This document shows positions 13,491 to 25,702 of a DNA stretch of 64,000 nt, piece by piece (position 1 is the stretch's first letter; every line of letters begins with the position of its first letter). Made by a program: the position numbers and the translations under genes. The notes beneath the pieces are model-generated. The model saw only the letters and a program-made list of their open reading frames with translations, had not been told where the DNA came from and ran no database searches. Source of the stretch: Octopus vulgaris (lineage: Eukaryota); assembly GCA_951406725.2 (NCBI GenBank), contig OX597814.1, forward strand, positions 87,792,001 through 87,856,000, given 5' to 3'.

Positions 13491-16400
13491 ATATTGTTTT
13501 CTAATTAAAGGAAAGAGGTACAAAGCATAATTTCAGGAAATTGACACTCAAAATACACCCATTTTACTAGTGCTACCACTAGTTCTGACAATTAAAGATT
13601 ACAAAATATGGAATACTTTGAAAGATTGCAGAAAGTAGTAGTTAAGTTTCTATGTGACCTAAATGCAGAAGACAGCAATATCATAGTGCAACTGGAATCA
13701 TTGTTTATGTTTGCAATGAAGAGATTCTCTTTTCATATGAAAGGAGAATATATAATATATGGGAAACATGATATTGTTTTACAGCAAAACATAGTTAATG
13801 AAAGCAGAAGAGCAACAGTGACTGGAGATGGACAAGTCAAATATTTGCTGGAAATGCAACAGATACATTTAATAGACAAGCTAAAATGTATATAAGTTAT
13901 AGAGGATAACAAATGATTTAAAGGAATGGAGTGAAACTTGACATTACAAAGTGAGGTTTCATAGATGAGATAATGCATTGAAATATGCTATTATGTAAGT
14001 CAGTTTCAGTCTATGTTAACATGGAAAGACAAATGATAAATATAGAACATTTATATATATGTATACACACACACACATATACATATCTATGTTTCATAGA
14101 AAAGAAACAAAAGCAAAACAAATTAGAACAATTAGAAATACCAAATAATAAATATAATTTGATGAAATGAAGTGGGGAGTGCATCATTTGAATTCCACTA
14201 TTGAATTACTATTTGATAAGCACTTTGTGATGAAAAACAGTTTAAGGAGATTAGGATAGAGAGAGTTTAATTAAAAGTAAATAAACATTCTAATATTTCT
14301 GTTTTAAATAACACAACAAAGTGAGAAACAACATAATGCAATGCACAAATATAAATTAGACTACAGTAGATGGAAACTCCATTCAGTACATCCAGTGTAA
14401 ACTATGGATATACAAGAACTGCTGTGGAATCTGAGGCAGGTTAACAAGGAAGGAAGATATGCAGCAGATAATCAGGAGAGGTAAGAAGTAAGAGCACACC
14501 CGAAAAATATTCTCTGAAATGCTTTGACAGTTCACTTGTTAATTACTTCTATTACCTAAATGGCTAAATTAAGAGTGGAGGTAGGTGCTCTGAAAGCATA
14601 ATAGCCAGAATAAGAACAGACTGAAAGAACCATAACTTCTACTGGTAACAACAGGTTCTTTCTCAGAATGAATGAGAAACTATGATGCCCGTGTACAAAG
14701 TGTGATACTTTGTGGATGTGAGATATGGGTAGTGAATGCAGAGGATCTGTAAAGGATAGAAAGAAATAAAGCAAACCTATTTTGTTGGGTGTTAATGTTA
14801 GTATGCATGAATCATGAAGTACAAAAGTACAAATGAACTCAAAGCAAAACTGTGTATAAAAAAAAATTGGATGAAGTAAGAGAGAAAACTGTTCTGCTTT
14901 GAGATGGGATGTATGATGACAGCTATATAAGTAGATGGAACCTATGAAAGAAGGAAACCTAAGGTGACATGGGAGGAATTGGCGAAAACTGATCTCAGAA
15001 TATTTGAGCCTCATGACAATGACAAAGGACTACAATGATTAGTGCTGGAGAGGACTAGCCCAACTGTGCAAAAATGGCATAATGAACATTGAAATGGTAG
15101 TAGTGATGGAGGCTGGGAGGTATAATGTATCTATATTTGGGTATCTTACCCAATATGTTTCTATTGAATCTATATCTGCTGCCTGCCCAGCCTCTTGATA
15201 TCCTCTCATCTTTCTCTGCCCAACCCCTTGATATAATTATCTACTATTTATTCTTTGGGTCATGTGGAATTGGGCAAATAGGCACACTGTAAAGTAGTGA
15301 GGAACCTCTAGTCTTACAAGGCACAAAGCAAACCCTTTCGTGTTGGTGTCACAATAAAATACATCAAGTACACTTTGTAAAGTGGTTAGCAATTGAGTGA
15401 AGATGATATAGGGTCAAGAGGGCTCGCTATTCTTGTCAAGGACATGAACATTTCTAGTGCTTGTGCTTTGATAAAATGAAGGTATCCAGTTGCAGAATCC
15501 AAGTAAAAAAAGGAAATGAATGAGTGAAATGTGGTCCTCTAACCTTTCTAGAAGGGCAGAAACTTTAAATTGGAACTGACTTGGGTTGTGATGGCCAGTC
15601 CAACCCATATTAAAATGAACAGTGGATGCAAAATGATGATGAAATAACATTTGGTATCAATAACTTAAAAACTTTAAAAATCCATAAACTTAAAAGATCC
15701 TAATAATACAACTTCATCGGTTATATTAAATCTATTGAAGTTACAACTCATAGCTACAATTTCAACCTTATTGACTTAGTTTTATTTACTGTATATACAT
15801 TTTTTTTTACATTCATAATCTTCCAGGAAACAAATGTTATGATATATCAGACAAAATTTGAATAGGCTATATTAATTAGAAAAGCAAATGAATAAAATAC
15901 TTTAAAATTACAATATCTTCATTTCTTATAATCAGGGCATGAAAACGATCTTTTGCAGTGTTACTTTACATAGTCTTACTTTGTACCATCCAAATTTATC
16001 TTGTAGTACCAGATGTTTAAATGTCACCAAGAATATTTATCTTATCACTGACTTTCTACATTTACTTTTCTAGTGCAAATATATCACTAATGTACAAGAG
16101 TATTTGTATAACATATTTTTGTTCCTTTATTATAGTTCAAATGACATGAAATGCATACAAAATGTTTTAAAAAAAGTAAAAATTAAATTTTGATTTTAAG
16201 CACTGCAAATATCAGGTACCATGAAAAACTAAAGTTCATTAAGATAAGTGTGTGTGTTAGTGTGTGTTTGTTAATGTGTATATATAACATTAAAGCATGT
16301 AAGAATAATGAATATTCACTACATATGGAGTGTTTTAATTATTAACTTTTGGGATATGAAATAGTGTAATTCACTTAGAATTATATTATTAAAGTTCAAT

Positions 16401-17209
16401 TGAGTTTGTTTTGTTTTGGATGGAATAGAATATAAAAGCTTTCACTTTTATATCAATAACTATGGAAGGCTGGTTGGAATATTATCCGTATGGACTTCAA
16501 GGGCTAGCTTGCTATTTAGATAATTTAGGAGTTGGCTATAGGTTTACTTATAGAATTATTAATTTACTGAGACTATTTTTGTACATAGGGTAAATGTGGT
16601 TCCTTTGTTGTAGTTAAATTATTAATGTTAGTGTGTAATCCTTCCTAGAATTAAGATTGAATGAATGTGGTGATATCTAAGGTATGTTTGTTCCCAAACA
16701 ACACTTATTTTAGTGCTGATGACACCACCAAATTGAATGATATTGCCCAAGTGTTGAAACCATAGTGATATCTGTGGGGCAGCTGATCATTGATGCATGT
16801 TGGATTACTGGTATGGCTGTTATTGATATATATATATATATATATATATATAGATAAACTTGCTTGAAAATGGATGTCTGGCGTTCAATCATATAATAAT
16901 ATTGTGGTTCCTGACCGATTACACGTGTGTTGAAGGCTTGCTATGGAATTTATATTCAGATATATTTGGGGTACTTATGTGTACAGATGACTTTTGCTTC
17001 TGCTTTTTTCCATGGGTGCTTGTAAGTATTTCATTTATTTCTTATCGTATTCTCTGCTGGTGAGTGGAAAAATCTGTTAGATTAATCCCAAAATCATTCG
17101 ATTCAGAGATAATGAATTTAAAAAAAAATTCTGTTAGCTTGCTTTCCTCGTTTTCAACATGGCGTGTATTTATAGTGATATGTATTGTATGTGGTGATTG
17201 ATGCTTTAA

Positions 17210-17431
17210 CCCTTTAGTGTTCGCATTATTCTGCCAAAATTAATGCTTCTTCATCTACATTGTTTTGAACTAATCATGCATTAATCTTGTAGCTATGAGA
17301 TTTTGATGTGGTAGCTGTTAATTTTTAAAATGATATTGTAGGGTTGGTGTGGGAGACCAGATATGGCCAGTTTGAACATAAAACAGGGAGAATGCTTTTG
17401 GCCGGATATGGCCAGTTTAAATGCTAGAGGG
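17210..17431. mobile_element. piggyBac-like MITE
   Basis: TTAA|CCCTTTAG ... CTAGAGGG|TTAA. Confidence 0.75.
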
Positions 17432-17497
17432 TTAAAGTCTATTTCTCAGCATATTGGCATAGAAATCTTTTTGTTTTGCCCTTATTTATAAGTTTTA

Positions 17498-17499
<2 letters not shown>

Positions 17500-17556
<57 letters not shown>

Positions 17557-17678
17557 TATATATATATAAATATAAATATATATATAAATATAAATATATA
17601 TAAATATAAATATAAATATAAATAAATATAAATATAAATATATATATATAAATATAAATATATATAAATATAAATATA
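17500..17678. repeat. (TA)n / (TATAAA)n microsatellite
   Basis: Read directly from the sequence. Confidence 0.97.
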
Positions 17679-17968
17679 TGGGTACAGGATGTCACAGAAT
17701 GTAAACAACGTGTAATATGAAAACAATATGTAATACGAAGACAAACAAGAGAAAGAAATGGAAAACATGACAAGTAACATAAAGAATGACCCTTCATCAG
17801 TTGTCGGCTGTCCATCTATTCCTCATTCCAAGCATTTACAGCCAACAACTGATGGGGCCGTTCTTTATGTTACTTGCCTTGTTTTCCATTTGTTTCTCTC
17901 GGTGTTTGCATACCCAAGTTTGTCTTCGTATTTCATGTTGTTTACGTTCTGTGGCATCCTGTACCCAT
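17677..17968. repeat. Fold-back inverted repeat element between (TA)n tracts
   Basis: TATGGGTACAGGATGTCACAGAATGTAAACAAC ... GTTGTTTACGTTCTGTGGCATCCTGTACCCATA; inner arms CATCAGTTGTCGGCTG / CAGCCAACAACTGATG. Confidence 0.88.
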
Positions 17969-18023
17969 AAATGCATATATATGAACATATATAAGTATGC
18001 ATGTACATACATGTACGTATATA

Positions 18024-18078
<55 letters not shown>

Positions 18079-18489
18079 TAATGCCTCGATATATGAGTTA
18101 ACTTGTTCCCAGAGAATGCTCGTTAAGCAAAAACTCGTAAAGAGGAAATAAAATTTGTAAAACTTGTAAACTCGGGGTCTCAAAAAACAGATCGTCATAA
18201 AGTGGTGTTTGTGTGTGCGTGTACATATATGAAATGGCCAGGTCATCAGGATGAATGATGAACAGCTTCCTCATCAAATCCTCTTCAGTAAACTGGCAAC
18301 TGGGAAGAGAAAGAAAAAAGGGGAAGACAATGGCAACGGAAGGCCAAATAACAGCAACCATGACTGACTCCGACATTCACATGTGGCCAGTGTAATTTGT
18401 TTTCTATGTGAAGATTGGTCTTATTAGCCACATTTGTCACTGGCAGTAATGGTCCAAATATTCGTCCAGAAGTAGAAATCAACCCCCAG

Positions 18490-18957
18490 AGTTGAGGGAT
18501 GAGTCAGGCCCTTGTTGGTAACTAAGAGCCTCTCCCTCAGAGTGAAAGGAAGATTGTATAATGCCTGTGTATGTACGGCTATGTTATATGGCAGTGAAAC
18601 ATGGGCTTTGACTACAGAGGACTTGTGAAAGCTTGAAAGAAAATGAAGCTAACATGCTCCACTGGATGGGTAATGTCAGTGTGCATACATGGCAGAGAGT
18701 AAATGATGTAAGAGAAAAACTGTGTAAAAGAGGCATTAGATGTGTGCAAGAGAGAAGACTGTGCTGGTTTGGTCATGTGATGTCTATGGATGAGGACAAC
18801 TGCATAAAGAAGTGTTGAGCTTTAATTGTAAAAGGTACCTGTGGAAGGGGTAGACCCAGGAAGACATGGGATTAAGTAGTGAGAAAGGATCTTCAGCAAA
18901 TGACAAGGGACTGAGAGATGTGGCAATATGCTGTACTTGATAAGACACGTCAAGCTA
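18490..18957 (+). mobile_element. RTE-clade LINE 3' fragment
   Basis: LYNACV...LYGSETW and VQERRLCWFGHV...GRPRKTW motifs; similar to 30720-31160. Confidence 0.8.
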
Positions 18958-21300
18958 CTGTATTTCCCATCATCGAAGACGCTACTTTTCTCCTAAAATA
19001 AGGCTCAAAAATCTATCATGCGTCCTGGAAGCTGAAGGTTGCATTTTTCATAGGCATATCCTAACCCTAGAGGAAAATTTTCTATGCTAGACAGTAATGT
19101 GGACTCCTGTATATGACCGCTCAATGAAGTGTATAAATGATACCTTGTTAAAGTAGTAAATAAACAAAACTATCATAAATTTTTTTTTAGATATATGCAA
19201 TCACAAAAAATTCATTCCTGTATGGGCAGTGTATGTTAGACGAGGCAACTGATGAGTGATAGTTTATATGTGTATCCATATTACTGATATTGTCACTCTC
19301 TTCAAACAACCTGACTTAAGGGTACATTATTAAGTGATGAAAGAAGTAAAACTGCGGTATGTTAAAAGGGTTTACAAGCAAATATTAATAACAACACTAT
19401 CGTAATCACTTACTCACTTTCTGTAATGAAATGTAGTGTTCAGTCATAACTTACTCACTCTCTGTAATGAAACGTGTTGTGTTCAGACAGCAACATAGGC
19501 TTCCTCCTTGATCTCTGAAAGCCATGGTCTTAACCAGTTCAAATCTGGTCCTGATGACATTAGGAGTGATCCACAACTTCAGAAGATTTTACTTAAAACT
19601 TTTAGCCCAACTGTTACTATGGCAACCTCCAACAGAAGATACTCTTGCACAATCAGCTACAAGTGATTGAATATGCCAAACAGAATGGCAACAGGGCTGC
19701 AGAGAGGCATTTTGGAGCACCGCCAACCGAGAAGATGATCCACTACAGGAAGAAACAAGAGGACCTATTGAAGCCTGCATCAAGACTTAAACATAACCTG
19801 CATCAGACTGCAGCTAAGTGGTCAGAACTGGAGCAAGAGATGAAAGAGTGGATAGTTGCGGAGAGAAAATTGGGCCTTGCAGTATCTATAAAAATGATTA
19901 TTAATGAACCAAAAGTGAGAGCAGCAGCACAAGGTCTGGATGATTTTCATGGCACATCAAGCTGGCATTATAGATTTATGAAGAGGCACAGACTGGCAAT
20001 GAGAATGAAAACAAGAATAGCACAAAAATGCCTGAAGATTATGATAACAAAATAATTGAATTTCACAGGTTCATGATCAGTGCAAGAAAAGAGACTGACT
20101 ACAAACTGGATCAGATCAGAAACATGGATGAGGTGTCACTAACGTTTGATGTGGTATCAAATAGAACAGTGGATGTTAAAGGATCCAAAACTGTAAGTGT
20201 AAAGACATCTGTACATGAGAAAACCCATTATACTGCAGTACTATTGTGTTGTGCTGATAGAACAAAACTGCCACTGCTGTTTATTTTCAAGAGGAAAACT
20301 ACCAAAAGACAAAATTTCATGTGAAATTTTCGTTCATGTCCACCCAAAGGGGATGATGGATGAAGAAGGAGTGAAGTTATGGCTAGATAAGATCTGCTCA
20401 AGGTGTTCCAGTGGCCTCCTTAAAAAACCATCCCTTCTTGTGTGGGACCAGTTTCGTGCCCACAAACCAAAGGCTATAAAAGAAAGGGTGCAGAAATTGA
20501 AAATAAAAATGGCAGTGATCCCTGGTGGTTTAACAAGCAAATTACAACCACTGGACATATCAATCAACAAGCCTTTTAAAGCATTTATAAAAGAAGAGTG
20601 GAATCAGTGGATGAGAGCCAAGGACCATGACCTAACAGCAACAGATCATTTGAAAAGGCCAACAACTGCTCAGGTGTGCGAGTGTGTCCTGAAATCATGG
20701 AATGCTGTGAAAATTGAAGCAGTAGTAAAATCTTTTGAAAAATGATGTGGCATCAGTAAATCATTAGATGGCACAGAAGATGACATTCTGTTTGATGATA
20801 GTGAAACTTCAGACAGTACTGACAACCCTGATGATTTTTCTGGTTTTAGGGCTATGGAAGACTGCAGTCAGTTTTCAGGATTTGAAGAGTGAAATATTTT
20901 CCTTATACTCATATGTTTAATATCTGTGAACTTTTTAATCTTTTCCCATTGTTATTTAATTGTAATGTTTGTTTTGTCATGTCTGTGTGAAATTTTTACA
21001 AATGGTAATGATATGAAATGTTTTCAGGATTTGATGATTAAAATATATTTTCTTATTTGTAATATTTCAACTGTGCAGATTTAATCCCTGTTCTGTTTTT
21101 ATTTTGTTCTATTTGGGATGTTATGTTTGTGTGATATTTCTATAAATGATAGCAATAAGCAAAATATTTTCAGAATTTTATGATTGAAATGTTTTTGATT
21201 GTGTAGAATTTACTGTAATCATTATTTTATTTTGTTCTATTTGGGATGTCATGTTCATGTAGTATTTTTACATAGTGTAACTGTACAATAAGATGCTATT
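18958..21300 (+). mobile_element. Decayed pogo-family (POGK/Passer-like) DNA transposon
   Basis: Starts TA-CTGTATTTCCC...AAGACG directly after an RTE fragment. Transposase remnants at 19619-20892. About 125-150 bp tandem repeats in the 3' UTR (about 20870-21280). Right end not identified. Confidence 0.8.
19619..20892 (+). pseudogene. pogo transposase pseudogene (Brinker-like DBD, CENP-B type HTH, DDE_1)
   Basis: LQVIEYAKQNGNRAAERHFG, WHYRFMKRHRL, NMDEVSLTFD, LLVWDQFRAH, IPGGLTSKLQPLDISINKPFK, acidic tail; several frameshifts. Confidence 0.9.
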
Positions 21301-21899
21301 CTGTATTTCTCACAATAATTTTCCTATTGTGGAGTTTAGTTTTTCCTTTGTCTGGGATAAAACAAAGTACTGTATAAGTCTACATCCAATACTTCCAAAA
21401 TCTTAAAATACTGCACCAGCTTTAGCCTTATCTACTTGCATGAACTGAGACACTATTTAAACAAAACAGTCAAATTTGAAAAGTTTCTTAGTTGGTAGTG
21501 GTGGTGGTGGAGATGCATCCTCCCATCCCCCACCCTCTGAATCCATCCCTGTCATAGTGTAGTTTCAGTATTACAGTGGGTACATAACAGTAGACGTAAA
21601 CTTTGAGAGTAAACTTATCATACCATATCTCTACTGATGGTCACACAAAACAAATTGGTAAGGTGAATGCTGCCTTTTGTTTGTGATACCAACCCACCTG
21701 CACCCACCCCTTGTAGAATTATATAAAGTTCATATTTTTAAAATGATTTACATTCAAACCATCCATCAAATTTTCTTGTTAATCTAAGTTCTGAAAATCA
21801 GATAAAGTAAATAATGAATGTTATTTTACTAAATTCTTTATTATTTTGAAAATTAATTGAAACAAAGGTAGAAATTTAGTAATAAAAGGGTTAAAATAA

Positions 21900-22350
21900 T
21901 TTCTTACACAGGCACAAGACTAGAAATATTTTGAGAGCATGAGGGTATAGTTGATTATATTGACCCCGTACTTAACTGATGCTTTATTTCATCAACCCCA
22001 GAAAGATGAAAAGCAAAGTTGACTGTGGTAGGATTTCAACTTAAATATGAAGTACCTAAACAAATAAAACAAGGCATTTGTCTAACACAAAATGAGTCTA
22101 CCAAACCATTGCCCTTAAATATTAAAATTGTTTCAAAATTTGGCACATGGCCAGCAACTTTAAGAAAGGAGGTAAATAAGTCAATTACACTTTCCCCAGT
22201 GTTAAACTGGTATTTATTTTATCAACCTGAAAGGATGAAAGGTAAAGATGATTTTGATGGAATTTAAACCCAGCAAGTAAAGAACTAGAAGAAACACAGC
22301 TGCTAAGCATTTTGTCCAACTTGCTAATGGTTCTACCAATCCACTACCTA
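21900..22350 (-). mobile_element. Two decayed SINE family B copies
   Basis: GAAAGGATGAAAGG...GAATTT motifs at about 22000 and 22230. Confidence 0.65.
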
Positions 22351-22606
22351 AAATGTCATTAAAATAATAAAAATAAAAATGAGATATATTTGAATTTTAA
22401 ATGTTTGGATATTTAAAAAAGTAAGCAAACTTTGTTTGAAGAAAAAATATAAAAACTAGGTTAACAATTTTGGTTGGAAATACTCATGCAGCAAAAAAAA
22501 ATAAATAAAAACAAAGAAAACTTACTGAAGTACATTTAAACAAAGGATATATATATATACACATTATTTACATTTGACAGATATTTGTCCTCATCTTGTT
22601 TGTTGT

Positions 22607-22654
22607 TAACACAACTTTTCGGCTGATATACCCTCCAGCCTTCATCAGGTGTCT
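22607..22654 (-). ncRNA. Minimal hammerhead ribozyme motif (stem III degenerate)
   Basis: Minus strand ACAC CUGAUGA A GGCUG-loop-CAGCC GAAA AGUU GUGU; perfect stems I and II. Confidence 0.7.
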
Positions 22655-22999
22655 TGGGGAAATTTCGAACCTGGATTCTCATTCCTAAGGTATTTTTCGA
22701 TGTTATTACTATTATTATTATTATTATTATTATCATTATTCAAGTCACTGTCTTGAACTGAATTCGGAATCTCGGGGTTAGTAGCCCACGCTCTTAACCA
22801 CTACGCCATATGCCCTTCGGCATATTTGATAAAATAAGTAACAACAAGCACTAGGGTCAGTGTACTCAACAAGCCCCTTCCCCCAAAATCTCAGTCCTTG
22901 TGCCAATAGTAGAAAAGACCGTTATTATTATTATTGTTGCTGAGCATACTTTTGTATGGAACAGAAGCATGGACTCCCTACTACAGACATTTAAAGAAA

Positions 23000-23510
23000 C
23001 TTGAAACCTTTCACATGTGCTGTCTGTGCAATATCTGCAACATAAAATGGCAAGATAAGATATCAAAATGTCAAAATCTTATAAAAATGTGATATCTCCA
23101 GTTTTCAAAGTATGCTGCTGGGTGCAGATGGGTAGGACATATTGCTTGAATGAAAAATGACCACATTCCAAAAATTGTTTTGTATGGCTAACAAGTGGAG
23201 GGATATTTGTAGTAAAGGAAGACTTATCCTCAGGTATAAGGATAAGGTGAAGCAATCACAAAAATCACTATGGCTTAACTTGACATCTTGGGAAGGTTAT
23301 TGCCTAGATCGATCTGCATGTCAGAAAATGTGTTATGATACATCAAAACAATAGGAGTTGAAGAAACAGAACAATAAAAAAATTTTATCCTGCAATCAAC
23401 AGATACACTTGTCCAATCCCAAGCAAAATCAAAAGCATCAGTATCTCCATTGTGACTTCATAGTAAAATCCATACTTGGACTCAAATTACATTCACACAT
23501 CTATTGCAAA
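23000..23510 (+). mobile_element. Old RTE (BovB-like) LINE 3' fragment
   Basis: RWVGHI, GRLILRYKDKVK and DRSA motifs typical of the RTE C-terminus; heavily mutated. Confidence 0.55.
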
Positions 23511-23869
23511 TAAATGCAGCTTCAAAAGTTGTTTTCTCTTTTCCTTGCTTTTTTTTCTTTCTTTAAATCCACTCCTTCAAATGCTCATATGTTGAAACTT
23601 ATGGGAGTAACCATTATTATTATTATTATTATTATTATTCCTTCCGACGCCGATGGACGTACGTGAATCAGCTCCGTGAATTTGACACCAATTTCACTGG
23701 AAATTTGCCGATAAGTTTGAATTTTTTTAAATATTTTTGTGGCCAAACCGACCGGCTTCTTGCGGAGCTCGTCGGTTGGGCGAAATTTTGCCCCATTCGG
23801 GGTGAAATTACGTTTTAAAATTTTGAACATTTGACATTTTTCAACATTTTGAATATTACAAAACAAAAC

Positions 23870-25663
23870 ATGGCTATGAAGCGAACAGTTGGCTGTTCCT
23901 TCCTTCAAGATACATTCCCTCCGCAAACACACACAACTCGTACAAAACACCCACTTCACGCCTTAAAAGGCAACAAAGATCCTCCTTCCGAACCGGAGAG
24001 CACGCGCTCCGTTCAAAAGGAGAATGCAAGCCAGGACGTCGCGTTCGACGTAATTCTCGATTTTCCCCCCTCTGCCTTCACCCAATGCTTTGGTACGGAA
24101 GGAGGAGGAAGGAAAAACAATTACAAAAATCATTACAAACATTGACACGGAGAAAAAAGAAAAAACTTCCAACAATTTTGCTTCTGCTGCGAAGCAAATT
24201 TCGGAGGAAGTTAAGATAACTCTAGAAGATGTGAAAAGAGCGAAGGAGTTGTTGAGGAAGGATGGCAATGGCATCTTCCTCAATACTCCACAAGAGGTGA
24301 TTGAAAGCACCAACAAGAAAACAATAATATACAAAGTTTTCGACAGAAAACTAAAAAGAATGACAAATGCCACACCCCAACAGTTGGAGATAGGTCTAAA
24401 GCCCATTTGGGCCCAAAAGAGCTACGTAACCAAGGGGAAGCGTTTTGGAACCGTGGAGGTTCGCTTCCCAACAGAGGAGCTTGCAAGGGCGAACGCCATT
24501 TCGCCCTTGCAAACTGAGAATTTGTTACTAGTTCCGACCCACCTCGGGCGAAGAGTAACAAAAATAAAAATCGACCTCGCCCCCCTGAGCTAGATATGTC
24601 ATGGCTGGTGGCAGCTGTCCTCTATGATATAGAGGACACTACCACCATTCTAGATGTCAGGAGAGTGAGGGCGAAAAACTGGTTGGGGATGGGAGTGCTG
24701 CTTCTTGCGCAAATTCAGCAAGAGAATATCAGTAAAGTCCCTGATTTCGTAAGTTTGCCGGACGGCACCAGGCTAAACGTTGCTGTGGAGGGGCGAAAGC
24801 CAAAATGTTTCCTCTGCAGCAGCGAAAGCCACTTAAAGAGGGACTGTCCCATTCACAAAAAGAGGATGGAGGCTTTCAGCAAGAGGCAGCAGCAACAACA
24901 ACAACAACACAAGCAACAACAACAGAAACAACAAAAACAGCAAGAAACACCAAAGGCTGCCACACCACCAACACCATCACCAACACCAGCACCAAGACGA
25001 ACAACACCACCTCCAACAACAACAACCACCACCGACACCAGTACCTCGAAGGTCGACAGCAGCGACATCAACAGCAACAGGAGCAGCGGCACCACCGATA
25101 CCGGCGGAACCAAAAACCTTTCGTCCTGCTACTGAAGCAGACCCCTCAACCATTCCTTTGCCGGATGAAGAGTCGGATTGTGCGAGCTCTGATTCCAACA
25201 AAGGAGAATGGAGTATAGTGCCTCCAAAGAAGAAAAGGAGGAAGAAACAAAAAGATTTACAGGGGAAGCACGAACAAATAGTGCTTCCCAACATCAACAA
25301 CAACAACACACACTCACAACAACAACAACACTTTCGACACCACTACTGCCACTGCCACACACACAAACACACACAGACACAATTACATCAATAAACACAA
25401 AGAACCAAAAACTAGTGGAGTACTTAAAAAACAAAACTAGTACAAATATAACCGATTTCATCATACCAACACAAAACACACCACCAGCACACATTCTCAC
25501 AATAAAAATAAATGCAAAAACATATGATGAAATCAAACAAATATTCCCTAACGATGTGGGATCGCTAAGGAAAAGTTTCTCGAAGAAACTTTATAAAAAC
25601 ATTGTGGAAGCACCCGTGCAAAAGCACAAGGGAGCCACCCCCACCACCAACAACAGTAAGTAG
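23870..25663 (+). pseudogene. ORF1 (gag-like, CCHC zinc knuckle) broken by about four frameshifts
   Basis: ATG at 23870. Consecutive ORF pieces 23831-24145, 24090-24593, 24596-25135, about 25025-25394 and 25208-25663 join into one protein of roughly 600 aa. It has CFLCSSESHLKRDC (CX2CX4HX4C), poly-Q/P/T tracts and a basic PKKKRRKK patch. Confidence 0.8.
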
Positions 25664-25702
25664 AGCCTTTTTTCTCCTTTTTTTTCCCCCTACTTTTGAG
25701 AC

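Noticed and set aside
13608-13895. 95-aa ORF as a possible host exon
   Set aside because: No recognisable domain or convincing splice sites; length is compatible with chance or a decayed transposon.
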